DNA of 61,011 nucleotides, counting the filler, from Basidioascus undulatus (taxonomy: Eukaryota), in assembly GCA_000826855.1 (NCBI GenBank). It is 5 parts of 5 records of this genome, joined end to end, with 100 filler letters (N's around TTAATTAATTAA, not from the genome) between each part and the next. Parts side by side here need not be neighbours in the genome. Positions count along the whole stretch, not along the records: positions 1 to 28,615 come from JTLS01000145.1; positions 28,716 to 36,731 come from JTLS01001452.1; positions 36,832 to 44,831 come from JTLS01001453.1; 2 more parts are not named here. One strand, given 5' to 3'. The notes below the pieces were generated by a model, which had not been told where the DNA came from, searched no databases, and worked only from the letters and a program-made list of their open reading frames with translations. The position numbers and the translations under genes are program-made. Below, in pieces: positions 25,441 through 41,274 of the stretch (position 1 is its first letter; every line of letters starts with the position of its first letter).

Positions 25441-26270
25441 TGTCCGTCACCGACGGTCACGAAGTCACCGTTGCCTTCTTATATCTCAAAGTTGTGCAAT
25501 AGATAGTGTGTCTCCCCTAACAGAGTCGATTGCTGTTCTTAGTTGGCCAGGCTGAGCATTTAGTAGGGCTTTAGTAGGGCCTACTCGTTGTGCAGTCCGG
25601 CCGCCACGGTCTGCCATACCGTCCTTTCACCTACTTTTCTGCTTTCCGCGTTACCCTAGATATTTTCTTTTTGAACCTAAGTATGCGGTGTCCACGTGCG
25701 ATGCTCCAACCTGCTCCAGCGTTTTTCATCCCTGGCGGCTTGAAGTGCAAGGTTGCGACTGGCTGCAACCGTCGTGCGTTGCGTCCGACTATGCACCGCG
25801 CAGTACCGCTGGTTGATGTTTGCACTTGACTGTTCTCATGAACTATATTTTCAACTCGAGGAACACCGAGTATTCAGGATCAGTCAGAGAGCATGAACTG
25901 GAACGCAGGCATCGAGGCCTCGCCTCGAGTCGCTCGGCATTCCAAGGCGGACGTGGCTCCCCTTCACGCACTGCACGCGACGTCGTGCTTCGGGACTGTG
26001 TGTCACCGCATGCAAGGCATTTCCCATGATGACAACAATTCTTCGCCACTGTATTGCTCTCCCTCGCAGCATAAGCTGCGCCGATCGACTATATTCCCCT
26101 TCCCAACCCGCAGCGCCAACGCCCATCGCACACCGAACGCAGCGCCAAAAAAGTAAGATAATGCAAGTATAAGAAAACAGAAAGAAAGCGCGCTGTAAAC
26201 CGCCTCAAACTCGGGCTCGTCACAATGTCCGCGCGCGCCACTCCCACCCTCTTCCGACGACGCCGCTCCC

Positions 26271-28615
<2,345 letters not shown>

Positions 28616-28715
28616 NNNNNNNNNNNNNNNNNNNNNNNNNNNNNNNNNNNNNNNNNNNNTTAATTAATTAANNNNNNNNNNNNNNNNNNNNNNNNNNNNN
28701 NNNNNNNNNNNNNNN
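28616..28715. other. Artificial contig spacer N44-TTAATTAATTAA-N44
   Basis: Exactly 100 bp with stop codons in all six frames; identical at four sites. Confidence 0.98.
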
Positions 28716-29820
28716 GCCGGCGCGCGGGCCAGTGGGGATGGACGACGCGGGAGCCGGGGCAGGAGCGGCGGCGGGTGCGGCAGCGGGCGCAGCGCCGTTG
28801 GTCGTGGTCGCATCGGACCACTTTGCGGGGGTCGCAGAGGAGGTCTCGGCGGCAGACTCGTCGGCATCGGCGACCTGCTCGGCGTCTGGCGTGGCGGCGG
28901 CAGCAGTCGTGGTGGACGCGGGCGGGCCCTGACCCCAAGCGCCAGTCGCGCCCGACGCAGCAGCGGCAGCGGGGCCGGTGGGAGCGCCAGTCGGGGCGGG
29001 GCCGTTAGCGACGTTGCGAAGACCGCCGCGGCCGGCGCCGCCGCGGGGACCGCGAGGAGGATTGAACGACCCGCGAGTAGAAGGGGCGCCGCGGGGAGCG
29101 CCGCGGAAGTCTGGAGATCAACGAAGCATCCGCACATCGGCATGAGTATACAAGTTCACAAAAGCGACAGATTCCCTTCCTTCCTACCACCGACGGAAAA
29201 AAAGGAGATGGTGAGACTCACCCCCCCTGCCCCTGCCTCCAGCCCTGCCACCCCTGCCCGCGAAGCCCGCGCCGTGGGCGTCCGAACCAGCCGCAGTGGT
29301 CGAGGCGGGCGCAGAGGGGACGGACGCGGCGGTGTGGGCCTTCTTCTCCTTCTTGGACTGCACAGTTGAGAACTGGGACGCGTGACCTGAGGGGAGGCCG
29401 GGTGTGAGACACAGACGTTGCCAGAGGACGGCGCGGGGTCAAAAGAGCAGATTTGGGGACGGGGAAGGAAGTGGACATGGCGCGTATGCCTCGAATACGC
29501 ATATTTGGCGATTCCAGAAAGTTGTATTCCAGATAAACACGCCCGTTGCACATTGAAACGCGGCCACGCGACTCACCCTCACTGATGCGGCCGACGGCGT
29601 TCTCGACGTTGCCGTTGACGTCGCCTAGGACGAGGAGGAGGTCCTCCTCGGACCAGTCGGGGAAGATGTCCTTGAGCATGCCGAGGCTGGAGGCGAACTT
29701 TGAGCGGAGGACGCGGATCTCGTCCGACTCTGGGGCGCTCGCGGGCGTCGTAGCGTTGGCGGAGGCGGCCTTGGGCCCGGTGGGCGCCGAGCGCCGGAAG
29801 GACCGGCCGTTGGTGCTCAT
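28716..29820 (-). CDS. CUE-domain protein, Def1-like (RNA Pol II degradation factor); 3' part lost in gap
   Basis: LKDIFPDWSEEDLLLVLGDVNGNVENAVGRISEG spliced to HASQFSTVQSKKEKK, followed by RGG-rich and Ala/Pro low-complexity sequence. Confidence 0.85.
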
Positions 29821-31163
29821 CGTTGGGGGTAGCGGCGGCGACAAAGAGAGAGATGAAGAAAAAGACCAGAACAACAGCAAAGACTGAAGCGTGGAAGACG
29901 AGCGTTTGGGTGGGGAGGAGGGCAGGGTGTGTACTGAGAGGGGCGTGACGGAAGAGGCCATCCCACGATGCCCTTTGCTGCTGCAGCGCCAGAACTAACC
30001 AGAGAGAATACCAGCCTGCGCCTTCATTTCACAGGCGTTTCCGCTTCAGTACGCCTTTGGAAAACTTCGCTCCGGTTCCTAGAAGGCAGTTGCAGCGAAA
30101 ACTTGGCGAAAATACACCTACATACACGCCCTACCCACTCTCCTCAACTTCAAGGAGACACTGTTAACCTGATCTCTGCCTGCGTGGCATTTTCGAGACT
30201 GTCGCGTCCCTCTGGCGAGCGCGTAATGACTCGCGTGCTTGTTGGTGCTTGCTAGCAAATGCTAGTTGTGCTAGTCACACGACCACCGCATCTTCAACCA
30301 ATTGCTGCTGAAAATTTGTGCGCAAAATGAACAAACCTTTTCTAGGCTATCATTTCGCGAGAAAACGACTTTTAAATCTACTATGTATGTCTGTGCACGA
30401 CCGGGCGGAAGCACACGAGTCTTCAGTCGAGGTCCGAAAACTACTGCCAGCTCACTACTTGCAGTCTACAGCTTTCCGGATTACGGAAGCCAGGTCAAGG
30501 GAACTCAAAGGTCTAGATTGTACTCGTACAGATACCTGGGGATTTATACCGAAGGTCCATCCTTCGGTGCTTAAGGCGCATGCCGAAGCGCAACAAGATA
30601 ACTCACTGCGCTGGCGGAGATTTGCTTGGTCTCTGCCAAATGATATACACCTGATGAATGAGAGTACTCAAAAAATCTCTTCTATAGGGAACACCTGTTT
30701 CGTCGCACGCCACGGAGACTGGCGCGTTGCCACAGTCTGGCGCCACTTCCACGTTTCTGTACAGTGTTGACTGCCCTCCGACTAGAAGGCAGAGGTGCCC
30801 GTCGTTCTGGACTGTTGCAAAGAGGATCGGGTATTTCCAACCTCATGAAAACCGAAATGGAATCTGAAATGGTCTCAGGCAGCCTTGCAGTTTGTTCTGC
30901 GACGGTCATGCCTGCTGCATTCGCTAGATCGATTGGCCAAAGTGGTCATAGCACAGGAAAGTATAGCATCATGGATGATTGATATGGAAACACATCGCTC
31001 AAAGAACACCGCAAATGATACTTTGTTGCTTCAGAAACCACAGGCCACATCGAGTCGCTTCGGAACCACCGGGTGACAGGAGGAATCATGGATGCTTGGT
31101 GCTCTCGACCAGTTGAACGATACTCGCCTCAAGAATCCCACATCCCTCGTCCGTCAACTCAAA

Positions 31164-32970
31164 TTAGCCCATCTCCGAGCTCGCCCCCTCCAGCCCCTCC
31201 ATCTCGCTCTCCTCCTTCTCCTCCAGGGCCATCCAGAACATCTCCCTGCACACAAGATCCGCCTCCCGCCTCTCCAGCAGCGCGCGCAGCCTCTCCTCGA
31301 GCTCCGCTTGTCCACCGAGGCTCAAGACACCGTGCGCTTTTAGATTCTTCCGGAGCGCCGAGAGCGAGAGGGAGGGGACCGCGTGCGGGTCGGTGATGAG
31401 CGGCGCGGAGGGACGAAGGAGATAGTGCTTCTCGAGATCTGGGGGCAGGAGGCCGAAGTTCAGCACTCACATAATACTAAAGATTAGTGAAAGAAGGGAG
31501 GAGGAGTGGGAGTGGAAGGGAACGCACTCCGGAGGTATTCCCTACAGTCTGAGGGGATGGAGATGTCGAGCTCGAAACCGTGCGCGTGGAACGTGACGGC
31601 GAGGCGGCGCAGGCCGGGCATGTCCATCAACGTCCCGTCGAGGGAGAGCACGCGGAGGAGGGAGAAGCAGCACAGCAGCGGCGCGCAGTCGGAGGTGATG
31701 CCGGGGTTGTTGGTGAGGTGCAGGGTGTGGAGCGTGCCCTGCAAGAGACTTTTAGCGCTTGTGCCGGGCGAGCCAGACGCATGCAATTAAAGCATAGCTA
31801 CCTTGAGGGCGAGAAGATGCGCTACCCTGTTGGAATGAACAGAGCGTAAGTAAAAGGGTTTCAGCCTGGAAGAAGGAACGCAGACTTGCCCCTCGTCCCC
31901 GATACCAGTCGACTCGAGCCAGAGCGCCTCGAGCAGGGGCAGGTGATGGATAAGCGTCAAGTCCATGTTCAGCAGGGGTATCTCGTTCAAGCGGAGAATG
32001 CGCAACGCCGTAAACGCGTTCGGGAGGTCGAAGACTGTCCACCCAACGTTTTCAGCGTCCGCTCCCACAGACAACTCAAAACGGCGCGTACCACAGAGCG
32101 TCTGCGAGAACTCCTCGACCACCTTGCGGAATGGGTCGCACAGTGTCATGGTCAGGGAGATCTCGACGACGTGATCGGACCCGCGGAACTGCGCAAGGAC
32201 CTCATAGGACAGCAGGCCTTTCCGAAGAGGACTGCGTCAGTTCGGGTAATGCTTGAGAGGAAGCTTGAAAGCGCACCTTCCTTGCCGAGCCACTGGATCA
32301 GCGTCTGGTGCCCGATGCGGTCGAGTCTAGCAGCGCGAAGGCGATCCGCGAGGCCGCCACCGGGGACAAGGCTGTTCAGCCGGGAGATGAGCGCGACGAG
32401 CTCGGCGGGCTTCTCGTCGCCGATGGGAGGGCCGTAGAGAGCGGTGTGCAGATTGACTGCCCCTCCTTAACTATTACTATCAGTTGGCAGCGCGGTTCTC
32501 TAGCCTGGCTCACCCTCCGCCTGTTCAAGCTGCTTCCTCAGCCGCTCCACCTCGGTCGTCCCCGCCGACTCGCCCACGAGGGACGACGGGCCCCTCATCG
32601 ACGAGCTCGGCTGCGGGTCGCTCTGCGAGGTGGAGAACGAGAGCCGGACCGGGAAAAGACTCGAGGAAGTGGAGTCGCCCATGCTTTCTTCGCCGCCCAG
32701 CCCAGGGGTCGGCGCCTTGAGCGCCGCGTACCCCTCCGCCGCGCTGAGCTGCCCATACAGCTTGCGGCTGAAGCTCGTCGGGCCGGGTGCGATGTCTATG
32801 CTGGAGTAGTCAGCGAAGTAGCGGATGGAAGATCCATTAGAGGCGGATGAGCATGTCGCTAGGCGCGCGACGGTCTGGAAGAAGTGGGCGGGCGGGACAC
32901 TCGGGTCGAAGAACGGGTTCGAGGACGAGTCGTCCAGCAGCGGCTGAGGACGGGCAGACAGGCCAGGCAT
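31164..32970 (-). CDS. Leucine-rich-repeat (RNI-like) hypothetical protein, multi-exon
   Basis: LRRs LRILRLNEIPL, LEALWLESTGIGDEG, LHTLHLTNNPGITSD, LRVLSLDGTLMD; helical C-terminus LRKNLKAHG..LEERLRALLERR. Confidence 0.8.
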
Positions 32971-33765
32971 GAGGATTATCAGTATAGAGTTCGTATATTG
33001 TGTTGCTCCCCGGAGAGTGCGGAAGGGAGAAGGGAGCCCGGAGGAGGTTGGTCGGGCGGCAACCTCGCAAGGGGCGCAACGTTTCGAGCTTGCAGGTGAC
33101 CAGCAAAAAGGCCCACAACTGCATCCCTCGCTTCAGAAATTGTGCGATGACCCAGAATACACTTTACAACCTATTCTATCAATTCACATCAGCGGAGTTG
33201 ACGCTCTGAAAGAAAGACCGCGGCCAAACCCTGAGCACCAGACCGCCCGCGAGCTACAAAGCCCCTGCAGCCCTCTGTGACCTGCGACTGCAGGACAATG
33301 TGCCTACTTTCAATTACTACTGCTGCGCATCAAATGAATAAGAGAAAGTAGACCAAATTTTTGGGGACCTCTTGCCCTTACGGTTCCTTGGCTATGCCGT
33401 ATCCGACTTGTGCGTGGATCGTCTCTTCCCCTTACCGCTTCAAAGACTATAAACGTTGAAGCTCGCAGCGCTGACACCTATATGGTCAAAGACGCCTTCG
33501 GCGAGTGGCGGACCTCTGTGTCTCCACGGCGTGGGCATCATTGACTCGTCGATGCCGGGGAAGGGACTCTGTATCGATGTCATCCCAGAAGACACGTACT
33601 TGCTCGTCATGCAGTACGGAGACACGATTCTAATTGTACCACGCCGCATCTAGGATGGGTCATCTGCCTTTCAATTTCACGCAGGCGCTCAGGATGCTCG
33701 TGTGAGGCAAACCACCGTCAGCGGAGGTCGAAGCTCGCTTTATCGCTGTTCTGGAGCCCGGCGAG

Positions 33766-34530
33766 ATGGACCCGGCTCGTCAACTTCCTGCACTTATCTT
33801 GGAGGAGTTACTGGAGGACCTCAATGAGAACTTATTGCGTCTCAGCTGCGTAGGAGGGGATCGACTGTGCTCGTGTGCCTTTTGCCCGTCACTGGCTTTG
33901 GGTCGACGTGGAAACTGGAATATGCATAGAGAAGGGCTCCAAGATAGTTTTCTTGACCGGACTTGTCGCGCTTATTCAACCGGTGTACGCGCCTGAGGAC
34001 GCAGAAAACTATGCGGTTCGGTATGGCGCGAACATTCTCCGTCTGATGCATCTCGTCTCTATCTTCTGCACCAAAGCCTCGCCCAGGACACTGCGCTATG
34101 ACACGGACCGCTACACGCAGCTTCCCGCGTTTAACGCACGACACGCCTGCTGCTTGTATCCTGACGCAAGCACGAGCCGCTTCAGTCCTGGTTGGCGATC
34201 CTCAACGACGCCGCGGCCGCGAACATCGACCGTAAGCCGACCCCGGGAGAAGAGACTCTTTCTCGCGGAAAGCCTGCTCATCTGCGCGGAGATCGACGAC
34301 CGCTCCACTTCGTCGGTAGCCTGTGCGAGGTCTGCAGGGTCCCGAGCACATCAATGTGCCGAGCTTGTCTTGGAGCGGCGTATTGTGGGTTGGCGCACAA
34401 GAAGGAGCATTGGTCGGAGCACAAGAAAGTGCGATTGCTTTTCACTCGTTCGTGTCGCGGCCACACAAGCTGACAACGGTGTCTGCCCCCCTTCTAGTGG
34501 TTCAAGAGCCACAGGCTGGGGTCGGAATGA
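33766..34530 (+). pseudogene. MYND zinc-finger protein, likely degenerate
   Basis: CEVCRVPSTSMCRACLGAAYCGLAHKKEHWSEHKK at ~34320-34428. The last Cys reads F after the intron (HKK|WF), and the upstream segments change frame. Confidence 0.55.
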
Positions 34531-36731
34531 GGTGTTCGTGTGCGTCTTGAAGGGGCTCATCGCTGGGAATTTTGAGGGAAATGTACAAGCTTTATCTGTG
34601 GATTGAAGTTGACGGTTCAAATATAAGTATTCTGGTTGGCCGTGCGGAAGAAAGGCGTTCTGCAAGACCGTACATAAACCCTCGAGAAATGGATCATAGC
34701 CCTTAAAATCTTTCATGCACAGTTCTGCGTTCACCAGTCGCAGCTGCGGTGTAGTAGGCAAGGTCAGCCTTGTTCCAAAGGGCCAGAGACAGCAAAGTAA
34801 AGAGCTTACGCGACGAAGGCGTTTCCGGAGGCACCCTCGTGGGTGATGCAGCCAGAGAACTGCCCATTGCTGGTCTTGTAGACGACACGATGCTGTGATA
34901 GTTTGGAAAGCTTCAGTAAAACCATTCCTGCAGTGTCTTTCTGAGCTTGGCTCACCGCGCCAGGCGAACCGCCGTTCTGATAGTGGAGAAGGTTGTCAAT
35001 CCAGGCCTCGTTACAGAAAAGGTGGATTAGGGAGATCGTACGTAGGTACCGCCGGAAGTCTGGTCAGCAAAAGTTATTTTAGCTTTGGTTGCTGGGGTGG
35101 TTGGAAGGCATGGAACTTGCCAGGACGGGGTACTCCTGCCACGTCCTGAGCGTCCACATCTCGTCAGAACCGAGCACATTCTTGTACAGCAGGATTCAGT
35201 CGACTTGCGGGCCATTGTCAAAGTATATGTTCTCGTAGTTGTTGTATTGGTGAGGGTACTGAAATAATCATTAACGTCAGCTTCCAACCACCTCCATTCA
35301 CCAAGCAATAGAACAGTGACTGACGCTGCCAGCACCACCGCTGCGGGCCTTGCCGATCGCAGCGTTGACCTGGCTGGAAGAGAAATAGGCCCCTATGGCA
35401 AAGCATTGGTACGTGACTATTGACCTGCACGAACGAAGCTATCGTTACGCACCGCCGCATTGGCACTGAGCCGAGGCGTAGGTAACGAGCGAGGCGAAGA
35501 CGGTCGCGACAAAGGTGGCCTTCATCTTGTCAATCGGCGGACTGGAGTATCGTCAAGAACAATGGAGAAAACAGAATACGAGAAGGCGGATGAGCCGAGC
35601 CGAGGACAGACGAAGGAGGAAAGCGAGGTGTGGGAACAAGCGACCTGCACCGTCGTGCATCGCATCTTATATCTCCAGGCACCGCGAGGCCTCGTAGTTT
35701 AATTTCACGCCTCGTGCCCTGCACAGTGATCACCCCTCGGCGGGCGGACAAAACGGAGTAGACATCTCCGTCGCAGAGCGCGACCTCTTGCGCCAAAGCC
35801 ACCCGCTAGCGCCAGCTGCACGTGAAGCCAGCCGGCCAATCTCTGTGATAGGCGTGGTCGCAGGCGAGCGTGCGGTCGGCTGCCGTCCCACAATAATTAT
35901 CAGAGAGGTATATGTACCGCGCGTTCCAGGGGATAAGGGGACTGCCCTAGCGGTCAAGTGTGCGTCGGTGCCGTGCTTTGCAGGGCACCTCGAAAGTGCC
36001 TCTGATAGGCGGCTGTCCTCCTTGATTCTTCCCCCTGCCATCAGTGATCGCCCACCGGTTTCAACTCAGGGTGTGCTTGGCAGCCCCTATGAGGGCACCG
36101 ATAAGAAGAATCACTCAGCTGAGCGGCCCGAGCTACGCCGTTGCACTCGGCAGCTGTGGACTCAGCTCTCCTTGAAGACACGAATTCGATGGACGCCATG
36201 GCACGTTCACCGTTGAACGACACGAGTTAATGGATTCCCATAGTCGTCTTTACTTCGCTGCCATTTTGCCTACTCCGGCTCGTCCATCACTCCGATCCAA
36301 TGAGCTAGACGCTTGCGGCGGTCCCGAAGAGACTTGTAGCTTTCGTCGATTGCCTGACTGTAACAAGCGAGCCGTTGAAACCAACATCGACAGCAAAGAG
36401 AGAGACGCAGTAGAAGAATAGCTTCTGTGCTCGCGACAAGCACTGCGACAGACGCCCGCAACCGCTGAGGTTGAGCTGTAACTGCAAAAAAGCACTGCGA
36501 GACGGCTGCATCGAAACAAGGTATATCACTTATCCTAGCACAAACGCTCCTGTCTAACCCCTAGGCCCCTCGTCAACGCCCCCAACCCTTCCTCCAGTCC
36601 TCCCTCATAACATTCATCAGCTCCTCCTGATCCGGCATGCCCTCCTCGCCGACCCAGTCCACCATCCACTCCTCCAGTACCTCCATCTCCGGCTCCTTTC
36701 TTTCCCTCTTCCCCTCCTCGCCGCCCCCCCC

Positions 36732-36831
36732 NNNNNNNNNNNNNNNNNNNNNNNNNNNNNNNNNNNNNNNNNNNNTTAATTAATTAANNNNNNNNNNNNN
36801 NNNNNNNNNNNNNNNNNNNNNNNNNNNNNNN
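36732..36831. other. Artificial contig spacer
   Basis: N44-TTAATTAATTAA-N44. Confidence 0.98.
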
Positions 36832-36878
36832 TTGTCGTCCCGCCAGACGTTTTGTTGATTTAGCACGTTTTCTTTCGA

Positions 36879-37348
36879 ATGCAGCGGTCAAATCATTCCC
36901 TGCAGGACTACCTCCACTATCACATCAAGTGCTCCAAGGCGTACATGCATTCGCGCATGCGCACGCGCGTCGCGTCCTTCCTCAAGGTCCTCAACCGCGC
37001 GGTCCCGGAGAAGGCGGAGGGCGGGGAAAGGAAGACGGCGAGGTGCGTTGGGCTTTTCCCTTATCTTTTTCTTTGGCTTCTTTTTTCTTTGTTTTCTTTT
37101 GTTTTCATGCCTCTTGGCGGGGCAGATGGGGGTGGGATGGCGGGCGGAGGCAGGGGGGGGGGACGGGGAGATGGGAGACAGGAGATGGAGTTGGAAACGG
37201 CGATGGGGAGGCGGGTGGAAGATGCGGGCAAGCGGAGATGGTGCGAGGGACGTGGGGGAGGAGAACAAGAAACCGGGGGAAAAGACCGCCATGGCTGACA
37301 AGTCGGTGGGTTCTGCTGGATAGCGGGCGGACGTTCAAGAGCCGCTGA
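36879..37348 (+). CDS. ARPC2: Arp2/3 complex 34-kDa subunit, last exons only
   Basis: [47 protein letters not shown] across a ~280-nt intron; 5' part lost at the gap. Confidence 0.93.
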
Positions 37349-39679
37349 GCTGTGGTGTTATGGAGCGATGGAGTAAGAGAGAGGAGCGGGAGCGGGAGAG
37401 AGTGAGGGAGAGGAGGGAGGAGGAGGATGTCGAGCTGAGGGAGATACAGATACAGATACAGAACACATACCCACCAAGCTTGGACCAGGCGGGGGCCAGA
37501 CTGTGGCTCCGAGGTTGCCCATTCTGCTCACCCATTCTCTCGCTCGCTCTTGAGCCTTTGAACAAGCCACAGTTTGTTTCCTTTCTCGTGGTCTTCCTTC
37601 CCACGACGAAGCAACGAACAGACGATCAGCGGGCGGTTGGGGTCGCTGCCTCGCTTGGCCTTATCGCGCTCTTCGCGCACGAGGAAGACCTGGTGCAGTT
37701 GGGGCTGGAGCGCGGGGAGGTCGTTCGCCCCGCTGCTGCTGGTGCTGCTATTGCCGCTGGTGCGGCGCTGCGGCGCGTGAAAGGGAAGGGGGTGTTCGGC
37801 GTCGTATCAGGCTCTGATTGGTGTCGAGCCCTATCGCTCGCTTCGTACCGCATTGTCCACGAACGCAACAACTGTTCAGCCACGGTCCGCTGTGCTTCGC
37901 GCTTCTTCTACTTCCTCGCAGGACGGGGTCAGACTCGCACTCGTGGGAACTCAGGCTTGAACAGAGAACAGACAAGAATGTGGCCAGCGATGCCAGCGAT
38001 CTGCTCCCGCAGCTGTTTCATTATATTTCATCAGAACGAAGTCCGGTATCTTGCGGCCTCAACCAAGTTTCAACGCAGCTGCTGTCCGATTGCTTTTCCC
38101 CTAGGCCTCCCTCCCAACCGAGTTGGTCTGACCTTGTACTGAGTCCTAACAAATGGAAAGGAAGGCGGGGTGACCTCACAAACACCTTGATTCGGCGTCG
38201 CCTATTGCCTTGCTGATGGACCGTCAGCTTGCTTGCTCGACCAGTGAAGTTAGACTCTTCAGAATATCGTTTTCTCTCGCTCCTCCAGTAACTTCAACAC
38301 TTCATGCTGTCATTATATCGATGCTGTCTTGTTGAAGAAGAAGGTATTGATGCCGCTCGAACGTCGACACCGGCCCTGCATTGGAGGGACTGGCTGGGCT
38401 GATTGCGAGCAGCTGAATATTTAGGCCGAAGCTTCAGCAGGAAGAAAGCAAAGCATATCCTTTCATATTCTTCCCGCTTCTAGATGATCCAAATGATCTG
38501 GTTCAACCCGGAGCAGAGGAGGGTGTGGCCGCTGTCGGTGTTCTTGTAGTCAACATGCGAGGCGCAGATGTTGCTTGCCTCATAGTTCGCGGTAACTCCG
38601 TTGGCAGGTGCAGCCATGCCCGATATGTCTAAAGTGAGAGGGGGCGAAGCAGCAGCGGTGTGGCCGACGTGTTTGAGATGTGCTGCAAGATGTGGCGTGG
38701 CTGGCGGTCGAGGGAACAATACTTCCTCGACAAGAGGACGAGAAAGTCTTTACATTTTACCCAGCGCAGACGGGTGAAGACCCAAGAGTCCAGGCTTGAT
38801 CAAGGTGGGGGCAGCCTCAAGGCAGCGCATAAGTGCAGCGGGCCGCTCCGAGTCGTCTGGGCAGTCCGGCAGCTAGTGTGGCTCTTGTCCATGGGCGTGG
38901 CTTGGCGCGCAGTTTCAAGGATCAGGACAGACATGCCTTGAGGATTCTCATGTATTTATTTGCTTTTTGGAGGTGCTATACAAGAGTACCTACCTGCCCT
39001 CTCGGCGCGAGTGCTGCCTTGAGACTACAGGCAGAGGTTGGACGAGACTTTCGAGACATGGATTGTTGGGGGTATTGTGCATGTAAGCGGAAGGCAATCG
39101 TTGGCGAACTCTATTCAGTTCTGTAAGTAGCAATCTCGGACTACAAAGTGACACTTTGAACAGCCACGGGAAGCCAGGGAGCAGCTGCTTCAAATCTGCC
39201 GGTCACACAGCCGAACACAAGAAAACGAGGCGGTCAATTCATTCAGCATTATCTACTTGATAACGCTGTCTAAGTGTGGGGCGCATAGGGGGAGTGGATG
39301 GAGGGGTATGCATGGGCGCGGGGTCAGGAGGCGAAGCGGGAGTGAAACTGGAGGGCGAAAAGGCCGTGAAAGCGGAGCGGATATGTTAGGTGGCTTTGGC
39401 GAACAAGGGATAGACTGAAGACGCTGTTGAACGGGCCGTCAGCCTTCGCACATACGGGTTTAAGTAGGGACTGACAAGGTGATGACGGCGGGGAGGGCAG
39501 GGGCAGCCCGGCTGCATATCTGCGAGAGTCGCGGTAGGCTGTCCAGACGACGCGCGTCAGTATTTCCTACAGGGTAAACAGTATTTAAGAGATCGCACCT
39601 ATGACCCACTTGAATGCGCGAATAGGCGCATGGGCATCTTTCTTAAGGTCCCATAGCCATGCTTTGCAAGCATCCGACC

Positions 39680-39952
39680 AGCCCTCCTGGCCCAGCCCTC
39701 CTGGTCCCAGTCCGTTATTGGACACATTGCTCGCCCGCCCAGCGCTCGTACTCCTCGGCCCTATCGACCACCTCGGCGGGGAGCCGCAAAAAATCCGCAT
39801 TGACATGCCGACCATTCACAAAGTCGGCGGGCGGGTCGGTGCGCCATGCTTCAAAGATCGAGGAAGGGGTAGACGAGGTTGGCGACGTCTGCAGGTGGGG
39901 GGTGGAGTTGTGGAGGAGGTGGGAGGATGAATTCGGCGATATCGGGTTGCAC
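39680..39952 (-). pseudogene. Orphan family A, copy 1 (decayed)
   Basis: VQPDIAEFILP..IFEAWRTDPPADF..ADFLRLPAEVVDRAE..GTRRAG; GTG at the start position and a frameshift relative to copy 2. Confidence 0.5.
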
Positions 39953-40959
39953 GGTGGGTTGGTGTTGGGGGTGAAGAGAAGGACGTGGGTGATGGATGAT
40001 GCGAAGGGAGTGCACCGCCACTAGCCTTTCAACCGTCCTACGTCTCGTCGTCTCCGATCTTCGGAGAAGGACCTCACTTCCCTCATTCGCTTATTGGGAA
40101 CTTCTTGAGAACTTTAGGACTTAACGTATCGTGAAGGGGATGCAAATGCATGATTGACCTTTGTAGCGTTGTAAAGCCCGGCCTACACTGAAATGGTTGC
40201 GGTATAGAAAGCTGGGCGCTGCGACGAATCAGTACCTGAAACAGTCACCGCGATCTGGCGCTGTACTTTTGAGGGCTGAATCTCACATTTGCTCTCAAGA
40301 AGTCTCCTTTCTTTTTCCCTTTGGGTGCCTGCCGCCAGAACGCGGAAGCACCTTCCGTTGTAACCACAGACGGGCGAAGGTCAAAGTGATCGAAACGACA
40401 TCTGTTTGTGCGTGTTATTCGTATGTGGGCGGATGTATGCTGCCCCAAAAAACACTGTAGCCTGGGAGCTGGCAAGCTCGAGGTGCAAAGGGAGGTTGCA
40501 GGCGGCCCTGGCAGTGGCTCATTTGAAACGGAGCGGCTCTTGCAGAAGAGCCCGAGAGACCCCCTTTTCCCTTCGCCTCAGACAGTTGGATCATTCACGG
40601 AAACGGAGACAAAACAATCCATTCATTCGCCTCCACCTGCATTATGCCGCTGTCTGAGCGTGGCGGGCGGCAGGGGAGAAGGCGGACCGGTGCGCGGGAT
40701 GCGGTGGAGTCGCCAGGCGCAGCGAGAGAGGAGGAACTTGAAGGCCAAAAGGCGGTGAATATCGAACGGACATGTTCTGTAGCTTTGGAGAAACTGTCAA
40801 TAAACGCACGCTGAGGGTGGGGAGACGGCGTTTCTGCATAGTCGCGGTGGGCTGTTCTGATGACTTCCTGTCAGAACTTCACAAAGGAGTAAAATATCGG
40901 TGTGTAGAACCTCGCACCTATGGTCCACTTGCGCGCACGCTCCAAACACCAAGCATCTT

Positions 40960-41274
40960 TCCTGTACTCCCACAGCGCAGCTTTCGGAGCCTGCGGCCAG
41001 CCCTCCTGGTCCGCACGCGCGACAGCGCGTACGCGCTCGTACTGCTCGCTCGCCCAGGACTCGTAGCCTCCGCATTCTCCACCACGCCCGGCGGGATGCC
41101 CAGAAAGCCCGCCTCGACGTCCCCGTCGTACGAGATGTCGTCAGGTGGGTCCTCGCTGTATCAGCGCCGGAAGATGGCGCTGAGGAAGAAGTCCATGAGA
41201 TCTAGCACGTTGGGGAAAGGCGTCCGGAAGTGCGGCCGGTGCGGGAGGATAAACTCGGAGATGTCGTCCTGCAT
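40960..41274 (-). pseudogene. Orphan family A, copy 2 (decayed)
   Basis: MQDDISEFILP..IFRR*YSEDPPDDI..AGFLGIPPGVVENAE..RTRRAG; TGA at 41161-41163 falls about where copy 1 has Trp. Confidence 0.5.

Noticed and set aside
28660..28671. TTAATTAATTAA palindrome repeated four times
   Set aside because: It is embedded in N runs of identical length: an assembly linker with six-frame stops, not biology.
29389..29576. Long Def1-like intron with a GCGTAT/ATACGC hairpin, possible intronic snoRNA
   Set aside because: No C/D or convincing H/ACA boxes.
34900..36731. Possible decayed gene(s) and a minus-strand gene 3' end next to the gap
   Set aside because: No diagnostic motif; too fragmentary to call.
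37520..38700. Minus-strand exon-like fragments with splice signals
   Set aside because: Could not be joined into a consistent frame or matched to a family.
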